From positions 1,674,001 through 1,738,000 of the forward strand of contig CM007991.1 in assembly GCA_002189035.1 (NCBI GenBank): DNA of 64,000 nt, written 5' to 3'. Position 1 is the stretch's first letter, and the number at the start of each line of letters is the position of its first letter. The notes beneath the pieces are model-generated. The model saw nothing but the letters and a program-made list of their open reading frames with translations. It was not told the origin of the DNA and did no database searches. This DNA comes from Utricularia gibba (lineage: Eukaryota > Plantae > Magnoliophyta). Positions 37,735 to 48,199 of the stretch are shown here, in pieces. A program made the position numbers and the translations under genes.

Positions 37735-38753
37735 CTACCGGAGGTGAAGGACTCGTCTCGGGGACTTCTTGTGTTTCAGCTTTTTGGCAACCTCGGCTCC
37801 AGAGTGATGTCCAAGTGATCCTCCGATATCTGCGCGAGGTTAGGGAACACATGAGGAAACAAATTTCTGCAAGTTTAGGGCTGTGTGTTTGAGAAGAAGA
37901 ACATGCGAGCCTGACGTAGCAGCCTAAAGCTCCCATTTTTTAAGGTAAAGAGACGAAAACACTAGTCCAATAAAGTTGTGTTCAATGTAATGATACCGGG
38001 GACAAACACATCACGTTACATCAAAACAAAGCCCGTGAAGGAGCCACGTCCCAATGAAGACAAAAGCACATGAATTGCATAATGCAACACAAGTTGCAGA
38101 CATAGAAAATGATCTTAAACCTGGCAATGATGCTAGATTATCACAGCTAACGCAGAGAAAGAAGCCATGTTTCATGGTTTTTTTGTTTTTGGTTAGATCC
38201 GTTTCTAAAGATGGTAATCGGGACAGGAGAATGAGCATTGTCGAACAAGAACTGACCTTGAGATGACCATGGAGAAAGGGTCGAAGCTGATCTGCAGATT
38301 GAAGTTGCTGCGAAATCCGGCCCGGTTTTGAATTCCTTCATCTGTCATGGAAGCGCAGTGTTGTGATGGAGTTGACGATATGTACTGTTCTATGGAGCTT
38401 AGTGCAATGGATTTAATGAATGGCAAAAACTCTCGACTTAATCTAATGCGCAAAGCTTCTAACTATTTGAAAATCCAAGAGTGAAACAATATACCCAGGA
38501 GGGAGCTGAACTCCCGGAGGGTCCATCCCAACCAATGTGAGTAAGATGTTTGACGTCTGTGGGGGATCCAATCTCCATTTCACGCTCCTTTACCACTAGA
38601 ACAAGTGAAATGCAGCCTATTCAGCATGGTTGCGGAGGTTCAAAAACGAACAAGAACAATGAATGAAGTAATTCAACAGTTGAAGCTACCAAACATATGA
38701 GTCAGAGTGTACTTGAAGCCTTTATAGAAGCCTTTGATTATTGTTCTCCCCAT
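37735..38753 (-). CDS. RIC: ROP-interactive CRIB motif protein (RIC10-like); exons 38753-38690, 38595-38495, 38341-38257, 37829-37735
   Basis: Manual assembly: [21 protein letters not shown]|[34 protein letters not shown]|[14 protein letters not shown]...SPWSSQ|DIGGSLG...KKLKHKKS. The CRIB core is IGxPTDVKHxxHIGWD. The C-terminal frame after a C4 run is uncertain. Confidence 0.92.
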
Positions 38754-40052
38754 TTTCGGACAGCTTACACCTTCAATTTCTATGGATCACGAGCACAACA
38801 ACGGCACCGCATGAAATATCTGCTTCTCAAATATCAGTCAGATTCAGCACCAACACAGGGAAGAATAATGCTTCGTACATACAACAGAGAGGCAAGGTGG
38901 AGAGGCACAGACCTTATTCTGTTGGTGTGGTGACATCCAAATTCTAAAACATTCTCAATAATTTCCCATCTTTTTACGATGGAGATGATTCTTTTGAGAA
39001 TGTTAAAAGACCCAAGAACCACAAACCTCAGAAAAGGCAAAATGTGAGCACTCCAGAGGGAGGAGCCATGTCGTTCATCGACACCGGCGCCGCGGAGGAG
39101 GATTTGGGTGTTGGGATCTTGCGAGTGAATGCTGAGAACAGCAATGCCCAGCACTACAAGATAAGTAGGGAATCAGATGCAAAAGGTTACAAAAAAAAAA
39201 AAAAAAAAAAACTCTTTTAATCTCTCTAGATCAAAAAAGTAAGCATGCAAGGACATAAAAATAAAAATTGGCTGTCTCTCTCTTTTACTGGCACGTTGAA
39301 ATGTGAACAGAGTATGCGGTTAGGCCAGAGACGAATGGGGGAGTGGCGACCATGGAAATAAAAAAGAAATGAAAGGGAAAATGATCAATACATAACGATT
39401 GAAAAGTCAAAGACGTATATATTCTTCCTCATGGGAGTGTCAGAGAACTTCAATAGCAAGAACACTTCAACAAAAATTCAAACAACCACACAACCCAACC
39501 CCCCTCTGTATCACTGTCATGAGTGATGTGACCAGGGCTTCGCGTCATCAAGAGAACATCCACGATGTCGACAAAACTGCCACAATCTCTACACTTCCAA
39601 GCTTCTACCTTCTTTTCAAGGGTGCGACTTTAAGCTTTCAGCACAGATTTTGGAGAAAACAACATTCTGGTCAATGACCAACGATCAACACAGATACTAA
39701 CATAGCTATGGGATTTTGATGTAGAATTTGACAACAAGTCGCAATATGTAACTACAGTCCTCACATTCACGGAACAAATTTCGCAAATCGAATCGATATA
39801 CGAGCCTTTCCAGATAGGAGATGAATGAGATATGAGCAGTGGAGCAGAAATAATAAGCAAACGAACCGAAGATTTAAAAAAAAGGCAGGAACTTCTGATT
39901 GGATATGCTAACACACATGAAGAATCACGTTGTTTTGTAAGCAAACATAGATCGCTTAACCAACAATCCAGTGACAAATCCATAGTTAAAATAGAAGAAG
40001 CACTGATACAAAAACTAACATCTCATGCATTTGGAGGTGAAGGGGAACTGAA

Positions 40053-41075
40053 TCACCGCCAGCTTGTGGGCCAATAGCCATGAATGGCATACCCAGTTTT
40101 CCAGTTATCCAAAAACACAACCTTTTTCACCGCCCAAAACGATACGAACATGGCGAACATCATCAGCAATCTCTGCACATTTCTGTTCTTCACCATAACC
40201 AAAGCATGAGTAACAAACGCTAGGAGAAGTCCCACAACCGTGTACAGAAAACCAATGGCGAAACCCTCGGCACCCAACTGCATCCCTGACCCCTGGTAGA
40301 AGAACACCATTTTAGAAGGGTTCTGACGATCAGCCATAACCATCGGCATTTTCCGGATGATGTTGAACATTGCCCCAGAGACGCTGAAAAAGTAGATGAA
40401 GATGGCTCCGGCCATCCACATGCTTCTCTTGTGCAAAATTGTCTTCCCAGAAATCAATTTCTTCAAGAAGTAGGGAGCCCAGATCAGAATAACCACAACG
40501 ACGAACAAGATCATTTTCTTGGAGATCAGGGGCGGGCGGTGAATTGGTCCGACGGAGAATTTTGTTCTAGAGTTGACAAAATCCGCCATAGAGTCAGCAA
40601 GTCTGGAGAAATCAGATGCCTCCATTGCGATCGAATCGGCTTTCAGATTTGTGGCAGAAGGGGAAATCAGGCGAATGTGAGGGAGTGAATTGACACCGAA
40701 AAGCTCAAAAGACGATTGAGATTGTTGGAACTCAATTTCAAAGAAAAAGAGCTGAGATTTCTGATTAGGGTTATTGGACTGAAAGGAGGAAGCGACAAGG
40801 GCAAATTCGGATTTGAGTGTTGGGAGTGACAACTCGGGCTTTGAATGAAGCTGCTGGGCGTCGAAGAATACCAGGGCGTGAAATGGCCGTGGAGCTGGCA
40901 AGGACAGAACTCGGCGGAGGAGCTCGTTGGAAAGGTGGATAACGCCGGTAGCGGATTGGGATTGGAGTGCCGAGAGCGTAGAAACAACTTCATCGGAAGA
41001 ACCGGGAGATACTCGGGGAAGAAGAACGATCAGAAGCAAGAAGCATGTCGCCATCGAAATCCGAGAAATCGCCAT
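40053..41075 (-). CDS. OST3B: Oligosaccharyltransferase subunit OST3/OST6 (340 aa, intronless)
   Basis: Signal peptide, thioredoxin-like lumenal domain (FELFGVNSLPHIRLISP), four TM segments with SGAMFNIIRKMP and GSGMQLGAEGFAIG, C-terminal DNWKTGYAIHGYWP. Confidence 0.95.
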   Translation of the reverse strand: MAISRISMATCFLLLIVLLPRVSPGSSDEVVSTLSALQSQSATGVIHLSNELLRRVLSLPAPRPFHALVFFDAQQLHSKPELSLPTLKSEFALVASSFQSNNPNQKSQLFFFEIEFQQSQSSFELFGVNSLPHIRLISPSATNLKADSIAMEASDFSRLADSMADFVNSRTKFSVGPIHRPPLISKKMILFVVVVILIWAPYFLKKLISGKTILHKRSMWMAGAIFIYFFSVSGAMFNIIRKMPMVMADRQNPSKMVFFYQGSGMQLGAEGFAIGFLYTVVGLLLAFVTHALVMVKNRNVQRLLMMFAMFVSFWAVKKVVFLDNWKTGYAIHGYWPTSWR

Positions 41076-41632
41076 CGCGACGGCGGAGTCTCGCCGGTAA
41101 CAGAGTGCTGCGGTTAGCGATGCGAAGCCCTCTACTTCCCTCACGTTTGACTTGAGGTTTCTCGGGAACTGTAGCCTCTGTCGAGGTAGCATGACCAATA
41201 AAATAACGGCACGTCTGATACCCGATTACATCAGGGCCGCAGAGAGGCCCAAAATAAATTCCGGGCCTAAATGGGCCGGATATCCAAATTTCCTTCAATA
41301 ATATTAAAAAAACCATGCCATTTAATTATTACACTAAGAGATGGAACTCAAATTGAATTCATTGTCATTATTGTATAGTATTTGTACCTTTTCAAATATT
41401 TAAATAGAAAATTGAAAAAAATAACAATAAATGATTTTTAATTATTTTTACCTTTTCAATTATGTAATCTTTTGGAAATATTTTCCAAGTATTGATATAA
41501 ATAGCAAGTCTTGTGAGAAAAAAGAATGCGAAATAAGGCTCGCCCTCGCAGTTTCTTTTAAAGGCATGGCGTTTGTTTTTAAAATAATAAAAGAGGGGGG
41601 ACTGCAAATAGGATAATGAAAATTCAGGAAAA

Positions 41633-43393
41633 ATGATTTCCTCGTCGACGTTATCCGAAACAATGGCTCCACACGCGCCGACGTCAAACGGGGGTTTTCC
41701 GCATTCCGAGCCTAGGTCTCCTATTTCCGATGTGGAACCATCTTCTCCAGAAACTCCAGGGCGGAGAACGAGACCCAACCCTCAGCTCAGTCGATGGTCC
41801 ATGGCGCGAGCCGTTCGCTCCGGCCGAAAATTGAGTCGGTCGGTTCGTCTGCCGGGTCATGAATCATACCAATCTGATTCTCCGTCACCTGTTTCTGTGG
41901 ATGATCGGGCCCGTGGCGGAGGGGAACTCCTGATACAGTCCCCTCGCTCTGACGTGGAGGATGTAGCGGATGTGGGAGTTGCTGCGAAGTCCATATACAT
42001 GGTTTCCGACGGAACTGGTTGGACGGCTGAGCACTCAGTTACGGCGGCTTTGGGCCAATTTGAACATCCATTGGTGGATCGTGGTTGCTCCGTTAGCACT
42101 CATTTGTTTTCGGGGGTGAGTTACTGAATGCTTCTGATGTGCGTGCATTCGATTATGATAAGTTCTTGAAACTGGATAATTTTTGTGGATACAATAATAT
42201 GTTCACTTGAACGAGATCCTTTTTTTATTTAGCTTGTTGTTAGATTGGATCTTATTAAACTGTTGAATACTATGTTTCTGATTTGACCAATAGATCATGA
42301 CGTTGGTGGATCTCTGTGAATACATAGATATTAACTTTATCAAGCACTGTTGTAGATTTTTCTTTTCTCTTTATCCTGCCAATGACGTTAAGTGTTGTGC
42401 TCAAGGTGTTCATTCTGACTATGAAACAAGCATTGTAGTAGATCTTTCTTACCTCTTTATGCTGCCAATGACATCAGGTCTTGAGCTCAAGGTGTTCATT
42501 CTGATGAAGAAACTTTGCCGGTTTTTTAGTCATCATCCACTGATTAGTGATGTTGTTTTCTCTTTCATCCAGGTTGATGATATGGATCGTCTTATCGAAA
42601 TCATAGCTCAAGCATCTAAGGAAGAAGCTCTCTTGGTGTACACATTGGCAGATCCTTCATTTGCAGCATCAGCCAAGCAAGCTTGTGAGATCTGGGGCGT
42701 GGTTTCTCTTGATATTCTTGGCCCTATCACAGAGGCAATTGCATCTCATCTCGGTGTTTCACCATCTGGCCTTCCCCGTTGGGCTCCTCAGAGAAAGCGT
42801 CAGCTTGGAGAGGAGTACTTCAAAAGAATCGAGGCAGTTGAGTTCACAATTAAGCAGGATGATGGAGCCTTGCCGGAAAATCTGCACAAGGCTGATCTGA
42901 TTCTTACTGGCGTGTCTCGTACTGGGAAGACTCCATTATCTATTTACCTTTCTCAGAAAGGATACAAAGTAGCTAATGTGCCCATCGTGATGAATGTTGA
43001 CTTGCCAGATAGCCTCTTTGAGGAGGATGAAGAGAAGGTTTTTGCACTGACCATAAACCCTGTAGTCCTGCACACGATCCGAAGGGCGAGGGCGAAGAGC
43101 TTATCTTTCAGTGATGAAATGCGATGCATGTATTCTGATATGGATCATGTTCGACGGGAGCTAGACTACGCCACCAAGATTTTTCAGCGGAATCCCAATT
43201 GGCCTGTCATTGGTTAGCACCCCCACTATGTTCTTGAATTCCTCAACTCGACATGCCATCCTCACCATTTATCTCTCTTTTGGTTGCAGAGGTCACTGGA
43301 AGAGCCATTGAGGAAACAGCGGCGATCATTCTAAGACTTTACCATGATAGAAAAAACAAATGCTTGATGCCCCGGATCTCTAGACGATACTGA
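41633..43393 (+). CDS. RP1: Pyruvate,phosphate dikinase regulatory protein (plastid); exons 41633-42115, 42573-43212, 43290-43393
   Basis: [40 protein letters not shown]-loop [26 protein letters not shown]. Phases are consistent. Confidence 0.96.
42341..42504. repeat. Degenerate tandem duplication (about 78-nt units, 42341-42418 and 42427-42504) in intron 1 of the PPDK-RP gene
   Basis: Both units read CAAGCA.TGT.GTAGAT...CTCTTTAT.CTGCCAATGAC...GCTCAAGGTGTTCATTCTGA. Confidence 0.85.
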
Positions 43394-43915
43394 ATCAACG
43401 TAATTGTGAATAATCTGGAGCAAATTCTGCCAACTACCTGGGGCTTAATAAAATGCAGTCCTTCTGTTCATAATAATTTGTCTGCAGATTGTAAGACCTC
43501 CGTCTTTCCACTCCCAGGAGTTCCTCAGAATGCTACAGAAAGCGTGGCATTAGCCATGACTGCGTGATGCTTCCATCTTAGCACATCAAGAAAGAATTTT
43601 ATGAAGCAGCCCTCTTGCTTCAAAGGGCTTCTGTGTGTCAATCGTCTTTGTGTCTGTATCAGTGTTTCATGTGCGCCTGAGACTTCCCCTGGTATGTACA
43701 AACTGCTTGCTCACTTTTCACATTAACTTTAGGGGAATTTCTAATGTGCTTTTCGTCCCTGACTAACACTTTAGGATTGGAAAGATGCCTTTCCTTTTCC
43801 AAACCGTGCACTCAATGCCAAGATCCTTCTTCATTTCGTTTAAACGTATAGATAATCACCACCAACTCCTTAATGATCACGGCTACTGTTCTCCTTCATT
43901 CACTCCATCTGAAAA

Positions 43916-44599
43916 ATGTGGTCAGATAACCGGATCCCCGTCCACGCGCCGACGCCGCCACCGCTCCCGAAAACCAGCAGCTTTCGAAAAGCCAGAAACT
44001 ACGTCCACAATGTGAAAGAAAGCCTGACAACCAGAGTATCCAAGCTGATATGCGCTGTCTTCTTGCCCATTGTCCTCTTCATTAGCCTCATCTTCTTCAT
44101 CCTCTGGCTCAGCCTCAGTCCCCACCGCCCCCGCTTCCACGTCGACCAATTCTCGATCCCCGCAATCGCACAATCTCCGCCCGCAGCCCCGGAAACCGCC
44201 GTAATTTTCTACAGCATCACCGATCAGAACTCCAACCAGAACATCGCCATTCACTACGATTCAACTCGGCTGACTGTCTTTTACAATGAGCAGACATTGG
44301 GAACATCTTCGGTGCTGTTTCCCTTCCTTCAGAAACCCCAAAACATGACCCGCATATCCGGGCAACTCGGAGGTGCCGCCGTGAACATCACCGGCGAGAC
44401 GTGGCGGGAAATGCTGTCGGATAGAGGTGATGGGAGAGTAGTTTTCAGGGTCGAGATTACATCGAAGATCAAGTTTCAGATTTCGACTTGGGACTGCAGC
44501 CTGCGTACCATGCACGCAAATTGCGAGGTCGGAGTCGGCGCCGATGGCTGGATGCTGCCGGAGTACAGGAACAGAAGATGCCCGCAGTTTTACAGCTGA
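43916..44599 (+). CDS. NDR1/HIN1-like (LEA_2) protein, 227 aa, intronless
   Basis: Pro-rich N-terminus, one TM helix ending ILWLSLSPHRPRFHV, NxNxxIAIHYD motif, C-terminal C..V......RC pattern. Confidence 0.9.
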   Translation: MWSDNRIPVHAPTPPPLPKTSSFRKARNYVHNVKESLTTRVSKLICAVFLPIVLFISLIFFILWLSLSPHRPRFHVDQFSIPAIAQSPPAAPETAVIFYSITDQNSNQNIAIHYDSTRLTVFYNEQTLGTSSVLFPFLQKPQNMTRISGQLGGAAVNITGETWREMLSDRGDGRVVFRVEITSKIKFQISTWDCSLRTMHANCEVGVGADGWMLPEYRNRRCPQFYS

Positions 44600-45032
44600 C
44601 GACTCTCCATTTTGAATTCTTTTAGTTAATCTCCCATTACTTGTTCCCAAATCCGGAAACCTCGGGATATTTTTCAGAGCTTAATATTATAATTTAAATA
44701 AAAAGAAAACGAAAATCGAGTCATTATTTATTATAATTATTATTTGAAAATGAGGACAATAATTGGAAGGGGCGTTGGGCGTGGTGTGTCGTATCACGTG
44801 ACGTGTCGGATTTACCAATTTATCCCCAATGCTACATCCATGCAAAAGTTGGAGACGAAAATGGGCATAAAATAAGGACCGTTTTTTAGAATATTTTTTT
44901 TTATAAAAGACACATACCTCGGATGGCTCGATATGGAATTAAGAGTAGATTATGTGTACAATTATGTAATATCACAAAACTAGGAAGAAAAAGGGCAGCG
45001 GACATCTATCTCTGTCCATGGTCCGAAATTAA

Positions 45033-45848
45033 TTAGTAAACTTTTTTGGAAAATAAGTTCCTTATGCCCAATAGATTACTTCGACGTAGTTCTTCGCCTC
45101 CTTCCGCCACAACATCCACCGTGGCGTCCATCGGATTATTTTCTTCGCGGCTGCAACTGGAGTTCTGTCGGTATCCGATGCACATCGGAACAGACAAGCT
45201 CAAAACCTTCGTTTTTGTCCCCGTGGAGGTTTTTGGGGCTGGGGGATTCTCGGCGGTGCTCCGGCGAGCGCCACGGCGGATTTTTACAATGGGGCTGGTT
45301 CTTCCCAAGGGAACGCCGGTGACCGTGCTGCCCGGCGACTTCCTCGATTTGGACTCCCCTGTGGAATTACTCCTGGAGCAGGGTGCGCTGCTCACATTCC
45401 TAACTGTCGCTACCGTCCTAGGTCGGCCACCGCTAGTTCCCGCCGATCTGCTTCTGGAGAAAGGCCAAATATTTATATTAAGCTCCGCCGACGCCACGCT
45501 GATCCCAACGGCGGTGGTAGCCTTCTTCTTGTCCTTACCCCCTGCAACATCCTTGTCCGAATCCAAGCCACATTTCTTATCACCCTTCCTGAATATCTTC
45601 CTCCATCTCTCGGAACTGGAGGAAGACAGAGGCGATCCCGGAAACAACGATGTCGACGGCGAGGCCTCGTTCAACCGCGGCGCAGTTGGCTCCTTGGAGA
45701 TGTTGAGGTCGTGCAGAGGGAGGAGGAACCCCCCGGAAAAGAGCTGGTCAGCGGAGAGTAGGCTAGGCTGCGGGTCCGACAGCTTCCAGAACTCAAACTC
45801 CGGCGAGTCGCATGAAGTCGAAGTCTCCGGAGGAAGTCCCATCTCCAT
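45033..45848 (-). CDS. MAKR/BKI1-like low-complexity protein (271 aa, intronless)
   Basis: SCDSPEFEFW...LLSADQLFSGGFLLPL, ELNINIWPFSRSRSAG, VSSAPCSRSNS and the C-terminal FSKKVY are conserved in this plant family; GA/CT repeat in the 5'UTR. The exact family name is uncertain. Confidence 0.8.
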   Translation of the reverse strand: MEMGLPPETSTSCDSPEFEFWKLSDPQPSLLSADQLFSGGFLLPLHDLNISKEPTAPRLNEASPSTSLFPGSPLSSSSSERWRKIFRKGDKKCGLDSDKDVAGGKDKKKATTAVGISVASAELNINIWPFSRSRSAGTSGGRPRTVATVRNVSSAPCSRSNSTGESKSRKSPGSTVTGVPLGRTSPIVKIRRGARRSTAENPPAPKTSTGTKTKVLSLSVPMCIGYRQNSSCSREENNPMDATVDVVAEGGEELRRSNLLGIRNLFSKKVY

Positions 45849-48199
45849 CACCCTCTCTCTCTATCTCTCTCTCTCTGTAGCCCGAGAGCAATGAAGAGGA
45901 AGTAGTGATGGGGGCTGGGGCGAAGGCAGGTTTGTGTTTGGCTGGAAGGAGGAGGAAGTAATAAAGGAGGAGGGAGCTTCTACATCTACATCTAGGCCTT
46001 AGGGCATCCAACTGCCGAACCTTCAGTTGAATTCAATCATCTCCTCCTCCTCCTCCTCAACCATAGTTTAGGTTTAGGGCATACAAACGGTGTCGGACTC
46101 GGGGCAAGTAATCGCATTTTATGAAATACCTGGGGGAAAAGTAAAACAAAGTGCAATACTATGGGGCTCATTTGTAAATATTAAAAACTTGACGCATCCG
46201 TCGCATTTGAATTATTATAATCTGTAAACTAGAGACAGTTTTGGAGTCAGGAGGCATGAGACTGCAACTTTTGGTGATACCGCGTGGGGGCCACACTAAT
46301 CAATTTTGTTGTAAGTTGATAATTAATGTGACAAAGAGGGAAGGCCTACAAAAATTAGTGATGGGTTGGTTAGTGGTTTTTCCGGAATGGAATCACTCGA
46401 TCCTATAAAAAAAAATAATTATTATTGTCATTAATTAATTCCAACTGAATTATATGTTTTTTGTGCAAAAGAAATTCTAAGTGAATGCAATGAGATAGAG
46501 TCTTTTTGGAATAATTTGAAAATAAGGTATAGTACGAGATCACGTTCTCAATGGAATCAACATAAGGATTGACAATATTAATAAGTTCTATATAAAAAAA
46601 TGTCAATGAAATCAAAATAACTGTAAAGATTATTTTATATGTCACACTTTGAACTATTTAGAATCGAATAAATGTCAAATACTTCAGACAAATTGTATGC
46701 TCGTCAATATAATTACTCTAAAAAGTACAATTTATGAATTATTGGTGAACACGAGTATAAAGAATCAATATTTATAGAATTTTCAATTAATATGAATTGA
46801 TAATTAATTCATTATATACTTTAGAAAAATGATATAAATTTTATATTATAAAATAAAAAATCAATTTTTTAAATGATAACTATCTATTTTATTTTTTAAA
46901 AAAATTAGTGATAAAAAATAATTTATTAGTTTAATAAAATGAATATATGGGGGACAAGAAAAGGGTCAACACGGTATCGTTTGTTGTGTATGGCACTTCA
47001 TGAACCTCCAAAGCGGTCCGGTCCCACTGCCACACCAACTGCCATGTGCCCATTATTATTATTATTTTCATATTACATCTTTTTTTTGTCCTAAAGAAGT
47101 TTATATATATTAAAGATTTTAAGATCTGTACAAGGTTTAACAGTTAGTTATTAACTCTGGTTCACTCCAATGGTTGAATGCAAGGTTAAAGGCAAAAAAA
47201 TGATTAATATTAACTCAATAGGCATTTAAACTTCTTTTTCCCGTAAAAACATGTGAATAGACAACCATGCCCACTAATGATTACAAGGACCGAGTGGGAA
47301 TGACTGAATTTGAGCCATACAACAGAACGGGTGCCTCTCCCTTTTGCCTTTTCCCGTCGCTTCAAAAGAGCTGATGACTACTCAGTTCACAAATGGGAGT
47401 GAAATGCACGCACAAGAGCCAAGGATTGTGGTATCATTGTGTGTGTGTGTGTTATTATTACAAAGCTATTGCGTGTCTGAACTTTTGAAGCTGGGGAGAG
47501 TGGGGTGATGACAGAACAGAACACTTTCGAACGTGGGTGTCTGAAGAGAAGGGGTAGGAAGGTTGATGTGGGTAAGGAGGGGAATCCAAGCCAACGATTT
47601 TCCGGAACAGTAAAGAATGCAAGTGGTGGATGGGGAGAGGTATTCCTGTGCTTGTCCTTTCTTCAGTTTGGTGCCCCATCATCACGTGAACTCATCAGGT
47701 TTATCCCATCCCATCCAACGGGAACAGTAGCATCCTTCCATTTTTCTACCACTTCTGTCCCTGTCTCAGAGCTTTAATTCATTCGAGGATATGTCGAGCT
47801 ACTTTTACCTAAGGTTTTTGAAATGAAGTACATACTTCTGCATTGGGAAAAGGAGGCATTCATTCAACTGCAGAGGAGCAAACAGAGTTAAATAACAGGA
47901 TTTATCAAGCAGGAAGAAGGGAGCCATGTTTTATCAAGGGCGAGTCGCTCAATCGTCATCCATTACAAAAATGCTTGCATACCAAGCAAGGGAAACGAGG
48001 AACTAGCATGGATTTTACAAAACATCAGACCTAACCAAAAACAATCTTAGGAATCGATAATCAACATCAGCATGCATGATTCAGCTGTGATTTCTACAAC
48101 TAGAAGAAGCATTTGATGTTCAAATAGGATATTATTATCTTGTAGAATAAGGTCATGCCACCAATGTGCTCTAATTTTTAGAGGAAAAGAAAAAACCCT

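Noticed and set aside
37730-37763. Possible fourth homopolymer frameshift in the last RIC exon (G4 run at 37760-37763)
   Set aside because: Both frames give short plausible tails ([11 protein letters not shown] vs [13 protein letters not shown]) in a poorly conserved region; undecidable without orthologs or reads.
45046-45894. 282-aa plus-strand ORF antisense to the MAKR-like gene
   Set aside because: Shadow frame of a GC-rich intronless CDS; the family motifs are all on the minus strand.
47371-47545. TGATGA...CTGA pairs suggesting box C/D snoRNAs
   Set aside because: Spacings (about 40 and 110 nt, one spanning a GT microsatellite) are atypical, there is no terminal stem and I recognise no guide.
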